A stretch of 64,000 bases of DNA from Octopus sinensis (lineage: Eukaryota). The stretch's first letter is position 1. Every line of letters starts with the position of its first letter. The stretch is taken from contig NC_043009.1 in NCBI RefSeq assembly GCF_006345805.1, forward strand, positions 34,968,001 to 35,032,000. The letters are read 5' to 3'. Positions 41,101 through 54,619 of the stretch are shown here, piece after piece. Both the position numbers and the translations under genes were made by a program. The notes beneath the pieces were generated by a model, which saw only the letters and a program-made list of their open reading frames with translations, was not told the origin of the DNA and ran no database searches.

Positions 41101-41323
41101 TGTTTGTGTTTGTAGCGCATACACGCCCAGATTACTAGGGAGAGAGAATTCCCCACTTTGTTCCTCCGGAATGAAACATCCAGCATCGAATGGCCACCGT
41201 CGGCAAGGCGCCCACTTGGTGAACTTCAGCCCAATGACTACCGACATACCACCTTAACATCGGCTTTAGATGGTCTGCTCATTTGCGTAAAAATCCTAGT
41301 TTTTCCATATTCTTGCATAGGCA

Positions 41324-41702
41324 TTTACCAACATAATAAAATTCTTCAATGATTATTGGTATATATGTGAATTTATAATCATCGTAGAGAAGCTATAGGC
41401 TTTGAAACAGTTGTACATAAATATTCTTCTTACTGATTCCGGAAGTAATGTTCACATTTGCAGGGTAACAAATACCCCTTTATGATCATAGAAGATTGTT
41501 CTTTTCTGTTCCAAATAGGTGTATAATATCTGAAACAAGCATTTGCTGTGGCAAAATTCCTAGATATCTTAAAATACAAACTAAGTATATGAGTATATGT
41601 GATAGTTATACCACGTATCAGAAGCATTAGCATATGAATGTATAGCTATGAAATTCATTCAAAATTTACATAACGTCTTGGTATGATAATATTTCATCCA
41701 TC

Positions 41703-41746
<44 letters not shown>

Positions 41747-41966
41747 GTTTATCATTTATGCAGCCATCAAAATTGTTATAATGTTTTGTGTGTGTGTGTG
41801 TGTGCGTGTGTGTGCGTGTGTGTTCGCGCGTGTGTGTGTGCGCGCGTGTGTGTGTAAATGGATGAATATTTATGTACAAATGTTTCAAAGCCTATAGCTT
41901 CTCTACGATGATTATAAATTCACATATATACCAATAATCATTGAAGAATTTTATTATGTTGGTAAA
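41324..41966. repeat. 103-bp inverted repeat (41324-41426 / 41864-41966)
   Basis: The arms are exact reverse complements except for one position (aaacaGttgta versus aaacaTttgta), compared base by base. Confidence 0.95.
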
Positions 41967-41970
41967 CTTT

Positions 41971-42070
41971 TTCTTTCTTTCCTGATGAGAAGATTACATT
42001 ATTTTACACTGTTTATTCCTCTTTGGAATGAAACCAATGTTGTCTTCGAAACATATGTTGAAAGTAAGAG
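41971..42070 (+). ncRNA. Type I hammerhead motif with extended stems and palindromic helix III
   Basis: TTCTTtCTTTC CTGATGA GAAGA...TCTTC GAAA CATATG TT GAAAGtAAGAG. Stem I is 5 bp, a mismatch, then 5 bp. Stem II is 5 bp plus ACATT/AATGT. ACATATGT palindrome, GUU triplet. Confidence 0.78.
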
Positions 42071-42537
42071 AATCTGAATAACACCTGTGTTCAACTCCAT
42101 TTATTTATTTATACTATACAAATTACTGCACATTAACCCAGAGTTTCTACCTTTGAATAGGTCGGCTGCATCCTTGTTACTTGCGTGAATTTTGCAACCC
42201 TGGTAACTGTTTATTGAATTTTCCATGTTAACTGTAAACAAAGGATAATTCATTCATCCATTTACACACACACACACGCGCACACACACACACACACGCA
42301 CACACACACACACGCACACACACACACATGCACACACACACATATATACATCAATAGCAAGGCCGAATATGATACCACAAAGGAAAAATTTTACCGTAGC
42401 TAATTGTGACTGAGGGGGTCGTATCATCTATATTGCAAGAAATAAAAGTTTAAAACTTCTAGTGTTGTATGAAAAGTATAATAATATAGATATGTATATA
42501 TATGTATATATATATATATATAGTATATATATATATA

Positions 42538-42582
<45 letters not shown>

Positions 42583-43097
42583 TATATATATTATATATAT
42601 ATAACTAATGTAGGATAAATTTTTTTTCTGGAAAAAATTTTTAATCAATGGCCAGCATATCAAAAAATACCTTTAAAGGTTAAATTTATCAATAATTTAC
42701 AAAATAAGAGCAAATTCTAATGCCAAATATGCCGAAAAAAAGACAAAAATTGTCAATAACCATTATAATTTATGCGTCTCGAAACAAACCGATAGAAATT
42801 TCTAAAAAATCCGTTATTACCGTATTGGTCCCAATTTCGGGGTTAATTCATAAGAAGTTTCCCCTCTTCAGCGGTAAATACGTGAGATATAAGTGAAATA
42901 CTTACTCATACCCATGGAAAAAGCAAGCACTAAGTCCTGAGCAGACCTAAGTACCCCAAATATATCCAAAATAGAAAATCTTCAGGACATCTCGAGACAC
43001 GTGTGATTCGAACTAGAAACTTTCACAGAGTGAGAGAATCCGGAAGTGAACACTATTCAATTTATAACTAATTTACGATAAAACTTTTCGGGAAAAA

Positions 43098-43155
<58 letters not shown>

Positions 43156-43839
43156 TATATATAATTTTGTATATAGACAGGGGTGATAACTGCCTCGTGA
43201 GCGACTCTAGGATCATTGGACTAGAGTAATTTCGCCTATCAGTCGTCAACACTTCAGCATTGATTACTCAGTCACTTGCTGATTTGGCTAAATCGATCCG
43301 TTGTATATAATTACCAGGCGAAACCAGTAAATACGTAAAGGTTTTAACTCTTATTTCTTGCAATATAGGTACTTCCACAGCCTCAATCACAATTAGTGAT
43401 GATAAAATGTTTCCTTTATGGTATTATATTGGGCCTAGCTGTTACAGAATAAGTAAAAAGTCATGGAAAAAATGTTGCAAATAGAAATGAAAAAGATTTG
43501 ACAAACGAAAACCAAATAAATGACTTGCTATTTAATCAAATTAAACAAACAATCGATTAGTTAGTTGGATACTTTAACCAATTGAGTAATGATAAAGGAG
43601 TGGAACTGCACCATGCGTGTGTTAATAATATTGAGATAATGACTCCCTAGGTGCAACAGAATTTGTTTCAACGCACGAATGCACATAATCTTACAAACCA
43701 GATTAAAGAACGAAGTTTTCCTCCCTCCCACTCTCTCTCTCCCTCTCGTTGTTTCCATACACACACACACACCACACACACACACACACCCCATGGACAC
43801 ACAAACATAAATATATAATTACATAAATATGCATATTCT

Positions 43840-44247
43840 TTTCTTTCTTTTATTCTTTTATTTGTTTCAGTCGTTTGACTGCGGCCATACTGGAGCACCG
43901 CCTTCAGTCGAGCAAATCGACCCCACTACTTATTCTTTGTAAGCCTAGTACTTATTCTATCGGTCTATTTTGCCGAACCGCTAAGTCACGGGGGCGTGAA
44001 CACACTAGCATCGATTGTCAAGCGATGTTGGGGGGACAGACACAAATATATACACACACATACATATATATATATACATATATGCGACGGGGTTCTTTCA
44101 GTTTCCGTCTACCAAATCCACTCACAAGGCTTTAGTCGGCCCGAGGCTATAGTAGAAGACGCTTACTCAAAGTGCCACGCAGTGGGACTGAACCCAGAAC
44201 CATGTGGTTGGTAAGCAAGCTACTTACCACATAGCCACTCCTACGCC
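43840..44247 (-). mobile_element. tRNA-SINE family A, full length
   Basis: Reverse complement of the 61736 copy, from ggcgtaggagtggct to gactgaaacaaataaaagaa. Confidence 0.9.
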
Positions 44248-45522
44248 TATATGTATACATGTATATATATGTAAACATATATGCATATATACGTACATAC
44301 ACACACATACCTATGTGTGTGTATTTGTATATAATCGTATTTATATACGTAATTCATGCACGTGATCGTATATATGTGCAGTATTACTAATCATCTTCAT
44401 ATTTCAACGCATTAACCACCATTTAAAGAGATCTCTCCACATATTTGAACCAGGTGTGAAATATTAAATACATAATTTGTAAATGCAAATAGTTTGGCAC
44501 ATTAGAATGTTCATTCTGAAATTTGGTCCGTTCGATATTTTAAGAAGAAAGAAACAAGAAAAATATAACCATGAAAAATATTTTGAAAAACCATATTATT
44601 GATTATGTTTATGTTGCGGTGTAATGGTTAGCGTTGAATTTTTGCAAGAATTCCTAGTTTCAGGGGAATATATATGATTATGTGTCTGTGAACTAACGAT
44701 TGACGTAATTAATAAGATATAGATTTCTTTGAGATTATAAAACAGAAAGACGGAAAAAGAAAAAAAAGACACGAAAAATATCAGAAGAAAGTGTTTTTCT
44801 TTAATTCAAAACATAAATTAAATTAATAAGATGTGGATAGAAAGAAATATCGATCTTTTCGGGCGAGATTTTCGAATTAAAGGAAGCTTGATCGAAACAT
44901 GACAATTATATCTTGACTTCCCGCTGGCATAGGAATTAAACGTTTTTTTTTTCTGTTTGCTGTTAGTTCTTTTGATATTTTTTTCAGAAAAAAAAAATAC
45001 CGTATTCACTCCTACAAACTTCAGATCATCATTCTTTTCACAAAATTCTAGCAATTAAATTGTGATTACGTAAATTATCACCTGCAAAATAAACAATTTT
45101 GTTTTTCCAGAAAACTTTCTCTAAATATAAATAGACTGCAAAACAGTCCCACACACACGCGCGCGCATAAACACACACACACATACATGCACACACAACA
45201 TATCACTACCTGTTTTTGAGTATAGTTGCATATAAAAACAAATATTAGACCGAAAGACCAGTCAATGCATTTCTCTAAAGTGTTTTGTTTTATCTTCGCA
45301 GCGAAAAGTTTGACAGCTACTTTGAACTTTTTGCCTTCGTGCCCTTTATTAGACACACATAAAATTTGTATTTGAGCTGATCAGTTGGTCACGGAAGGAA
45401 CCGAGATAGACAATTTGCACTCCAGTGATATGCCCTATTTTTTCTCCTGTACGTTATAAAACCAATGTATCCGGTGTATGAGTGTGTGAAAATACATATG
45501 TGTACACATATACAAACACAAA

Positions 45523-45594
<72 letters not shown>

Positions 45595-45595
<1 letters not shown>

Positions 45596-46707
45596 CGAGG
45601 AAGGGCGAATGGCACCGCGAGTGTCGCGTTGCTCTCAAGCAACTCTGCCGTCCCGGGTCGACCTTGAGTGACTTCAACACAACCAAAGCATTCTATAGGG
45701 GTTTAGTGGAGGGGAGGTACGACGACGAGCTCGGGGCGAACCTTGACGTCGACGAGGAGTACCTGACCCGCCTGTTCAGGACAACTTTCGGGCCAGGGCC
45801 CATGGACAACTTCCAGAGATCCCTGGCCTGGCAGTGCTACCGAGAAGCGCTACCCGTTCGGGATAAGCTCTACAGACACGGCTCGAGAAACACGGGGCCG
45901 ACCTGCCCGAGATGCGGTCAGAGCGACGAAATCGTTCTGCACGCACTCGTGCAATGTCCAACAATTTCCGACCTGTGGGCTTATGTCGAACAACTGCTGT
46001 CACGTGTGGGACGAATCGGTTTATCAGCTGAGTCTATCGTCAATATTGTCACGCCTCCTTCCTTCAAACGGGAAGGAAGAGCTATTTTCATCATCCTTGT
46101 GGCTATGGCGAAAGAATGTATCTGGTGGACGCGTCTGAAAGGATTGGAGACAAACACTTTCCTCTCTGGTCAATCTCTCATCAACTTCTTCAAGTACCAC
46201 TTGAAAAGGAAAGTGAGAGTAGAGAGGCAAGTTTTGTCTAGCGAATGTTTTAAAAAAAGATGGGTGAATGTAGCAAGAATGGCACGTATGAATGACGAAG
46301 CCACCTTGAGCATGATCCTATGAACCCAGAAATTGAAAACAGAGAGTTGCTTATTCGCAAAAAAAAAAAGAAAAAAAAAAGAAATATAACATGTAACTCC
46401 ATTGACCGAGGTTACCGTGGTCTTTTCCGTAGGCTTTTCTTTCCACGGGTAAACCTCACCTGTCCTCCCCTTTACACTTCATATTGACATTTCTGTGATA
46501 ACGATCCCTATTGATCAATTTTTTAATTAAAAAAAAATTTTTTTTTCCTCTCCCCCCCTTTTTTGTCCTCTTTCTCTCCTTTTACGATCCCTTTTGATCG
46601 AAATTCCCCCTTCCTTTTTTTTTTTTTTTTCTAAACCTTCAAAAGAAAAGCTCTACCTTGTAATTTGTTCTATCTGTGTGCAGCCCTCTGTGGCTAATAA
46701 AGAAACA
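45595..46707 (+). mobile_element. 5'-truncated L1/Tx1-clade LINE (ORF2 C-terminus and 3' UTR)
   Basis: The frame is open from 45598 to the stop at 46323. Contains LAWQCYREALPVRDKL and C-x2-C-x8-H-x4-C (CPRCGQSDEIVLHALVQC). AATAAA at 46696. (TATC)n on both flanks. Confidence 0.9.
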
Positions 46708-46739
<32 letters not shown>

Positions 46740-47379
46740 AATCACCGGTTGTAAACCAATGGTGAGAGTACAAACACACACACACACGCACGCGCGCGCA
46801 CACACACACACACACACGCACGCGCACACGCACACGCACACACACACGCTCGCACACACGCTCGCGCGCGCACACTAATGTACACGATATGTACGACAGT
46901 GTTCTTTCAGTTTCCGTGTACGAAATCCACTCACAAGGCTTTGGTGGACCAGAGACTATAATGTATATATATAAGAAAGAAAAGTGGTGGGGGTTGACGT
47001 GCAGGAGCACTTGTAAGCATTAACCGATTTGGCTGGTATTTCTAGCACGTCCTGTTACCACTGAACAGGTATTTGCGAATAGCTGTTACGTGGTAGCAGC
47101 GCGTGCTACACTAACACTTATGAGCGTGCGCAGTAAAATATCTGATTAAAAACAATCAAAAATTTGCGAACGTTATTGTCGGGCCCCTCGTATCATTAGT
47201 AATATCTGATACAAGTTACCGCCCCTTGTATTGTCCGACATGTTCATTTATATTCGCGAGTGCTCGTTTTCCATGTTTTATTTTTTTTTGTATAAAATAT
47301 TTAAAAATAGATGAATCTTCGTAATTTTCATTGCATATTCATTTATTTTGGATATATTTGCAAGTTTCATAATTTTTAT

Positions 47380-47650
47380 TTTAGAAATTAGGAGTCATTT
47401 TCTTGGAGAGAAGCGCTGAAAATTGTACGCGTACCGTTGCATGGACGTGGTGGGTTCAAAACCTAGGCGAATTGAGAGTAGTCTATTTATGCTGGCGGCG
47501 ATCAATTTCGGGGAAAAAAATAAGAAGAAAACGCGTCCTAAGTCAAAGAGAGCACACATGTCAAGTTTGGTGAAATTCGATTGAAAATTGTAGTAGAAAT
47601 GGTTCACACAACACACAGACAGACAACTTGCCTTTTGATATATAATATTA
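47380..47650 (-). mobile_element. Possible Helitron-type non-autonomous element 5' part
   Basis: Ends cacacagacagacaacttgccttttgatatataat, resembling the 5' terminus of the 27560 Helitron. No 3' CTAG/hairpin found. Confidence 0.4.
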
Positions 47651-47996
47651 TACAAATAAAGAGTACACTAATTTTAGAAGAAAAAAACAAAGCAAAACTC
47701 TCGAAACAGAATATATTATTAGTTAGCACTGATAATATATTGCAAAAATACTTGAATTAAAGAAATGTCTAATAAACAAGATGCAGCATGAAGTTTTGTC
47801 AGTGAACAGGTTGTGGTCTCAAAGCGACGAAAATATTTTGACAAATTAAATTTAAATGTTGAAGTGAATCTAGCGGTTTTGTGTGTTTCTTAAATGGCTT
47901 ATAAACACCTTCCACGCTGCAATTGTTTTCGTTCCAGCACACGATCTCAGATGAAGTCACTCGCTGTGAAAATACATCTCCGTAAACCTAATAAAC

Positions 47997-50179
47997 TGTT
48001 GTAGTGGAAGAGGTACGACCCTCCCATGGGACAAGTGGTATGAGATTACAACAATAGAACACCATACTACTAAACTATGACTACGCAATGGAATATTTAC
48101 CTTTGCAAAAGTTAGGACATGCTGACGGCCTGTCCAGGTAAATACCCCAAAATGGCGAACCATTCGAGGATATAGTAATAGCAGCTTTAAGAACCGAAGG
48201 TGAAATTAAGAACATAATGTGGAACATTGTACGAGAGTTACTGATAACCCTGGAATATATAAATCGGAATGCGTCAAATGATAAGTTCATAAATAAAAAA
48301 AGAACACTATGGTCAACAGAAGAAAGCAAAAAAACGGTTCCGTACCAAAAAACACTAAGACATATATTCAACATGTGACGGCCTACTGATATATGTCCAA
48401 AGGACAGCGATACTGGAGACACTACAAAAACGAATGTTGGAAGAATTTCACATTGAACATCTGGGGATCTCAAGGATGAAAGCGTTAATGTGCCGTTATG
48501 CATATTGACCGAAGATGGACAAGGAAATTGAAAACTTGGTAAAGTCTGGAGAGGATGTGCTCTGGCAACGAAATTGCCTACTAAAAAATGGGAGCTTTGG
48601 TCAGAAGTCAAAATCCCATACTCTTTACTCTTTTACTTGTTTCAGTCATTTTACTGCGGCCATGCTGGAGCACCACCTTTAGTCGAGCAAATCGACCCCA
48701 GGACTTATTCTTTGTAAGCCTAGTACTTATTATATCGGTCTCTTTTGCCGAACCGCTAAGTTACTGGGACGTAAACACACCACCATCGGTTGTCAAGCGA
48801 AGTTGGAGGGACAAATACAGACACACAAATACATGCACATATATATATATACATATATATACATATATACGACGGGCTTCTTTCAGTTTCCGTCTACCAA
48901 ATCCATTCACAAGGCTATGGTCGGCCCGAGGCTATAGTAGAAGACACTTGCCAAGGTGCTATGCAGTGGAACTGAACCCGGAACCATGTGGTTAGTAAGC
49001 AAGCTACTTACCACACAGTCACTGGTCAAGATTACACATCAATTTCGCGAGTCTGTTAAATGGTATTACTTAGTAGTATCTGATAGTTTTACAAAATGGT
49101 CTGAAACGGTTAAAGGCAAAAGACCAACCTTCTCAACTCTAATAAAATGTTTTCACGAATTATTCGCAAGATTTTGCATCCAAGACGTGATTGTGTCTGG
49201 TAATGGAACACGATTTGTGTCCAGTGAGTTTAGAAAATTCTGTGAAGTGTTCACGGTAGAACATATAACAATAGCGCCTTACCATTCCAGATCATATGGA
49301 CAGGAGGAAGCTTTTGTTGGTAACTTTAAAAGAGGTTCAAGAAAAGCAAACAAGGAAGTCACAGACGAATTCGCTTTTCAACAATTTTTAAGAGTGTACA
49401 GGGTGACACCGAACCCGAATACACAAGCAGAACAGATGTTCGCGAAGAAGGTGAAATTAGCTTTTGATAAATTGCTACCTGGCAAGGAAAGAAACATTGC
49501 CAAGAAAGATATATCAAAAATTTTTCAAAATTGGTGTACATGAGGTCGTATAAAAACAGAAAACAGTACTGGGAATAAGGCGAAATTGCAAAGTACAAAA
49601 GGAAAAATGATATATGAGATGAAAAGCAATAAAGGTATTGAAAAATGACACAGAAACCAGTTAAAGAAGAGATTCATAGAAAATTAACCAAACAGGTTGG
49701 GAGTAACTATAGAATGGATGTATGCCACATTCTAGGTACCAACGCCGTTACAGATGGTTGAACCCACGCGTACAAGTGGAAGAAAAAGGAAGAACACAGC
49801 GTTCCAAAAAATAGACGCCAAAACGAAAAAAATATTAAGTTGTACAAAAAATAATCAAGGGAAAAAGAAAAAGCTAAAAGGGGAGATGTTGTAGTGGAAA
49901 TGGTACACCCCTCCCACAGGACAAGTGGTATGAATCAGCCACTATAAAGTGAGTTAACGTCAACTGGTACAGGGAGTCGTATGTCAGTCGTTGTTGAGTC
50001 GTTGCACGAGATCTCAGTTGGGAGTTTTAAGAGTCAATTACGTGTTATGGTAAAGTTCGAGTCACAGTCAAGGTAGACGATTCAAATTCAGCGATAGCAC
50101 GATTGACCATTCTGATATAGAAAAGATACATTGTATCCGATACGAAGAAAATATCGTGGCTACTAAAGTAGATACAACA
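47997..50179 (+). mobile_element. Internally deleted Gypsy LTR retrotransposon relic
   Basis: The LTR start TGTTGTAGTGGAA...GGACAAGTGGTATGA occurs at both 47997 and 49887. A purine tract precedes 49887, and the 3' LTR ends TACAACA at 50179. Coding relics: RNase H end LGHADGLSR, H2C2 region, and integrase core with mutated catalytic residues (VSGNG). Confidence 0.85.
48620..49018 (-). mobile_element. tRNA-SINE family A nested in the Gypsy integrase
   Basis: It interrupts ...KWELWSEVKIP | WSRLHINFAS... Sequence matches family A. Confidence 0.9.
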
Positions 50180-50199
50180 GTTATTCGCTGGACGAAATG

Positions 50200-50370
50200 T
50201 TTCACACTATTTCGCCTGTCGCTACGTTCTGAGTTCAAATTCTGTCGAGGTCGACTTTGTCTTTCATCTTTTCGGGGTCGATAAAATAAGTGAACACTGG
50301 AGTCGATGTAATCGACTCATCCCCACTTTCCCCAATCTACCCTTGTGGCAAAAATTTGAAATAATTATAA
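50200..50370 (+). mobile_element. tRNA-SINE family B, partial
   Basis: ctgagttcaaattctgtcgaggtcgactttgtctttcatcttttcggggtcgataaaataagt. Confidence 0.75.
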
Positions 50371-50572
50371 CCGTGAAAACACCATCGTCATAACATAAAC
50401 AATAAGCCCCACTGATATGTAAACTCGGAAAAAAAACTACGATTGGTGAAAATGTGATTTCTAGGTACGATAGATGGCATGAATCTTTACACTTCACATT
50501 GGCTAAATAAGTTACAGTACTGCGGCCACATCATGCACTGACAAGGTGCAGTAACAAGTACCACAGAAAAGT

Positions 50573-50960
50573 GGAGGCGCAATGGCCCAGTGGTTAGGGC
50601 AGCGGACTCGCGGTCATAGTATCGCGGCTTCGATTCCCAGACCGGGCGTTGTGAGTGTTTATTGAGCGAAAACACCTAAAGCTCCACGAGGCTCCGGCAG
50701 GGGATGGTGGTGATCCCTGCTGTACTCTTTCACCACAACTTTCTCTCACTCTCACTCTTACTTCCTGTTTCTGTTGTACCTGTATTTCAAAGGGCAGGCC
50801 TTGTCACTCTCTGTGTCACGCTGAATATCCCCGAGAACTACGTTAAGGGTACACGTGTCTGTGGAGTGCTCAGCCACTTACACGTTAATTTCACGAGCAG
50901 GCTGTTCCGTTGATCGGATCAACCGGAACCCTCGTCGTCGTAACCGACGGAATGCTTCCA
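50573..50960 (+). mobile_element. tRNA-SINE family C with TSD
   Basis: Head ggaggcgcaatggcccagtggttagggc. TSD ccacagaaaa at 50561-50570 and 50961-50970. Highly similar to the 59257 copy. Confidence 0.92.
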
Positions 50961-51844
50961 CCACAGAAAATACTACTGTGTTTGGGGAGCATTAGTTTTT
51001 CATAAAAATATTGCTTCATATTTAATTACTGAATGCTCGTATGTAGCATCCTAAACAATCCTCCTTAATATGACATTCCTCTTAATAATACAAGAAATTC
51101 TTAAGCAAATGTCTATATTTGTAATTGTATTAATATATATTTATGAGTGTATAAAGAAATGCTTATGAAACACTTTCTCATTCTCTCACTCTCTCTTATT
51201 TCATTTCCTTCAACATTATCCCTTTTTTACATACACATACACATACACGCACAAACATGTATTACGGATTTATCACGTGCAGGAAAACAAACCCTGATAA
51301 TTAAGACGGTGTATGTGAGACGCGTGACCATGTTTTTATAAAGTATATTGATGATTCATTTATTTTATCTATTCCGCATTCCCAATGTTTACGTATTTTA
51401 ATTGCATATATAATTCGTAGATATGCTTCAATATATGTGAAGGATGTTTAATCGCATGGTAACAAATGCACTGGCACACACATATATATGTACTTGCATG
51501 CTTTTCTTCTTAATAATGCAATTAGAAATAGGTGTGTGCGCGCGCGTGTGCACTTGCTTGTGTGTGTGTGTGTGTGTGTGTGTTCGTGCGTGTTGTGTGT
51601 AAATATATGTGTGCTTCTCTGTTGTGTGTGAGAAGAAATTATCTTCGTTGAATTTGTTTGAGTTAGAAAGGGCTATTTTCAAATGTAGGTACGTAGGTTT
51701 TTTGTAGTACTTAATGCAAGATAGGAACTACGTTATTAATATTAAGTATACACAGGTGTATATATGTATGTATGTAAGTACACACATACGCACACACACA
51801 CCACATACATGTGTGTTTGAGTGTTTATATGTGAACATATGAAC

Positions 51845-51888
<44 letters not shown>

Positions 51889-51905
51889 AATTGTATAGAT
51901 AGATG

Positions 51906-51985
<80 letters not shown>

Positions 51986-52019
51986 TGTATGTACATATTT
52001 GTGAATAAGTATATTTGAG

Positions 52020-52775
52020 AATATAAAATTCCGTTCGGGTTTTTTAAACGAAAATAAGGCACGAGATTTACACACACAGTGAGTTATTCAATTAATGACA
52101 TAATTACCATTTTGTTCCGTTATCTTCTGCCGTCTTATGGACAGATCCATTATTCCCTGCATAAAGAAATTCTTGTCATTACTGGCGAAGAATTTTTACA
52201 TCCTCTTCAGTTCTGAAGAACTGTCCATTCAATGAATTCTGTAGAAGCCGAAATCTGAAGGTTCAAAGTGGGGCAAATATGGAGGATATGGGTGCATCGA
52301 GCGTGCTGACGAAATTAGCCTATGTAGATGGTTTTCTACATACGGTTAGGTTATTTTGTGAATAGCTGTAATCATACTGCTCGCATAACTAGTGCTGATA
52401 TTGCTGTTCGTCTCATTTGACAGGCCAGTGTGAGGTGCATCATGAACTGAAATAATTGTCGATCGAAATCTCGAAAGCCGCTTCTGGCACACACGTTTCT
52501 GTAACAACATCACTATACACAGCACACACCTTCCTGCAGGTTTCCACATTTTCCTGCATGAGGTGTTGAAAATGTTTGTTTTCCGTCTCCATTTGCAGGA
52601 TGATCTCAAGCACACAAAATTTAATGTTACATTGAAATTTTGTTTAGAATTACATTGAAGTGCCAAGTATTTAAAGAGTGCGCATGCACGAAGGGGACGT
52701 AAGCTAGCTACATATTAGAGTGTTTAATGGATAGTGTCGATAAAAACCGAACGGACTTTTGGCAGACACAGTATA
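52020..52775 (-). mobile_element. Internally deleted mariner relic
   Basis: Minus strand HPPYLPHFEPSDFGFY...FFASNDKNFFMQGIMDL..RRQKITEQNGNY (HPPYSPDLAPSD-like). TIR-like aaa.tccgttcgg.tttt at both ends. Confidence 0.75.
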
Positions 52776-52803
52776 TCAATATATATGTTTTTGTGTGTGT
52801 ATG

Positions 52804-52865
<62 letters not shown>

Positions 52866-53995
52866 GAGAGAGGGAGAGAGGGGAGAGGGAGAGAGGGAGA
52901 GAGGGAGAGAGGGAGAGAGATAACATGAAAAAGTCATTTGTTACATATATTTCTGTGTTCGATAATTCATCGTGTCATACCATAGAAACGGTTTTTGAAT
53001 GCGAATTACAGAAAGCATTTAAGTGTAGAGACCGCGACCTCAAATCCTATACAGTTACGCAGCAGAAGAAGTTTAATATACTGAGAGCCACAACCATGAG
53101 GACGATTTTGTCACGAACTTAGCGCATCCAATTATTGGAGAGTGGCCAAGCATGGACACAGCATTGAATCGATCCTAGTATCTATTTTCAAGTCTGGTAG
53201 ATATTCTAGAGGTCTGTTTTCATGAACAGCTATGCTACAGGAATGAGACACCTACCAACACACACTCTCTCTCTGCCGCACGAACACACGCACACAAACA
53301 CACATACATACATAATTCATACATATATACACACACACAGACACACATATATATATATATATATTTACATGCATATATATATATATATTGTACATACGCA
53401 CATACATTGACACGCACGTGTTTATACACATGCACACACATACACACATACGCACATACAAGCACACACGCATACATAAAGTAAAGTACAGTTACTCCCC
53501 TACTCATATACACATACACACACGAACACACACATACATACATACATACATACATACACACATACACACACACTGCAAACAAAACACACACACACTACAT
53601 ATACATACACGCAGACACACATACTTGAAACTACCAGTACCTTTTACTGACCATTCTCCTACGTACATGTGTAGGTAGACATACAATAGGCAGCCACTCC
53701 TACCAAAATTCATACTATAAATTCTTCCTATGACCTTAAACGACACTAAGCCCAACACACATATTTAAACAGCCACAACCACACACACACACACGTGCTC
53801 TCATTACACATACACACAGACCTGCGCACATGCACATACCCACACACACACACATACCTCCTCTTGCACTCTCTTGTCTTTGAAAGATCTTTTTCTTCAC
53901 CCGTTCCCTTCCGGTCATTTCAATATGTGACCGCGTGTGTATTGTTGGCGATTTTCTTTCTCCGTCTTCCTTTCCTTGAATCTTTTCTATTTCTA

Positions 53996-54031
53996 TGTTT
54001 CTGACGAAGAGCTTCGCTCGAAACGTTGAAT
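53996..54031 (+). ncRNA. Minimal hammerhead-like motif with canonical core
   Basis: GTTT CTGACGA A GAGC-TTC-GCTC GAAAC GTT GAAT. Stem I is weak, with wobble pairs. It lies in a diverged copy of the 4692 family. Confidence 0.55.
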
Positions 54032-54129
54032 CCTCCTTCTTTCTTTCCTTTCCTGAGCGTCCAGTAACACTATACTTGTTCCACGTCCTCGCGTTGTTGT
54101 GCTTTCTCTTTGTTCATGTTTGGATCAAC

Positions 54130-54191
<62 letters not shown>

Positions 54192-54205
54192 TATACATAC
54201 ACACA

Positions 54206-54263
<58 letters not shown>

Positions 54264-54277
54264 AATGTGTGTGTGTA

Positions 54278-54619
54278 CTTATAAATTGAGGATATAATCA
54301 CTAAAATGATTATATCAGTGGCTAGCATATAAAAAAACCCACCAAATCGGTAAAATTAATTTTTAAGTAAATAATTATAAAAGCATAAATATACTAGAGG
54401 GCGTTGGAGTGCCAACGCCTATACGCTAAAAGTAGATGTCAAATGTCTACATGCCACTCTAAATTCTAGCGTATAGGCGTTGGCACTCCAACGCCCTTAA
54501 TTATAATTATATTTTCATAATTATATGCTTTAAAAATAGAATTACCGATATTGTGGTTTTTTTTTTATATGCTAGCCACTGATATAATCATTGTAATGAT
54601 TATATCTTCAATTCATAAG
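54278..54619. mobile_element. Fold-back MITE with TA target duplication
   Basis: Outer arms cttataaattgaggatataatca.../...tgattatatcttcaattcataag. Inner arms agggcgttggagtgccaacgcctatacgcta/tagcgtataggcgttggcactccaacgccct. TA on both sides. A related fragment lies at about 54940-55040. Confidence 0.85.

Noticed and set aside
48081-48611. 176-aa minus-strand ORF
   Set aside because: Antisense to the Gypsy pol relic.
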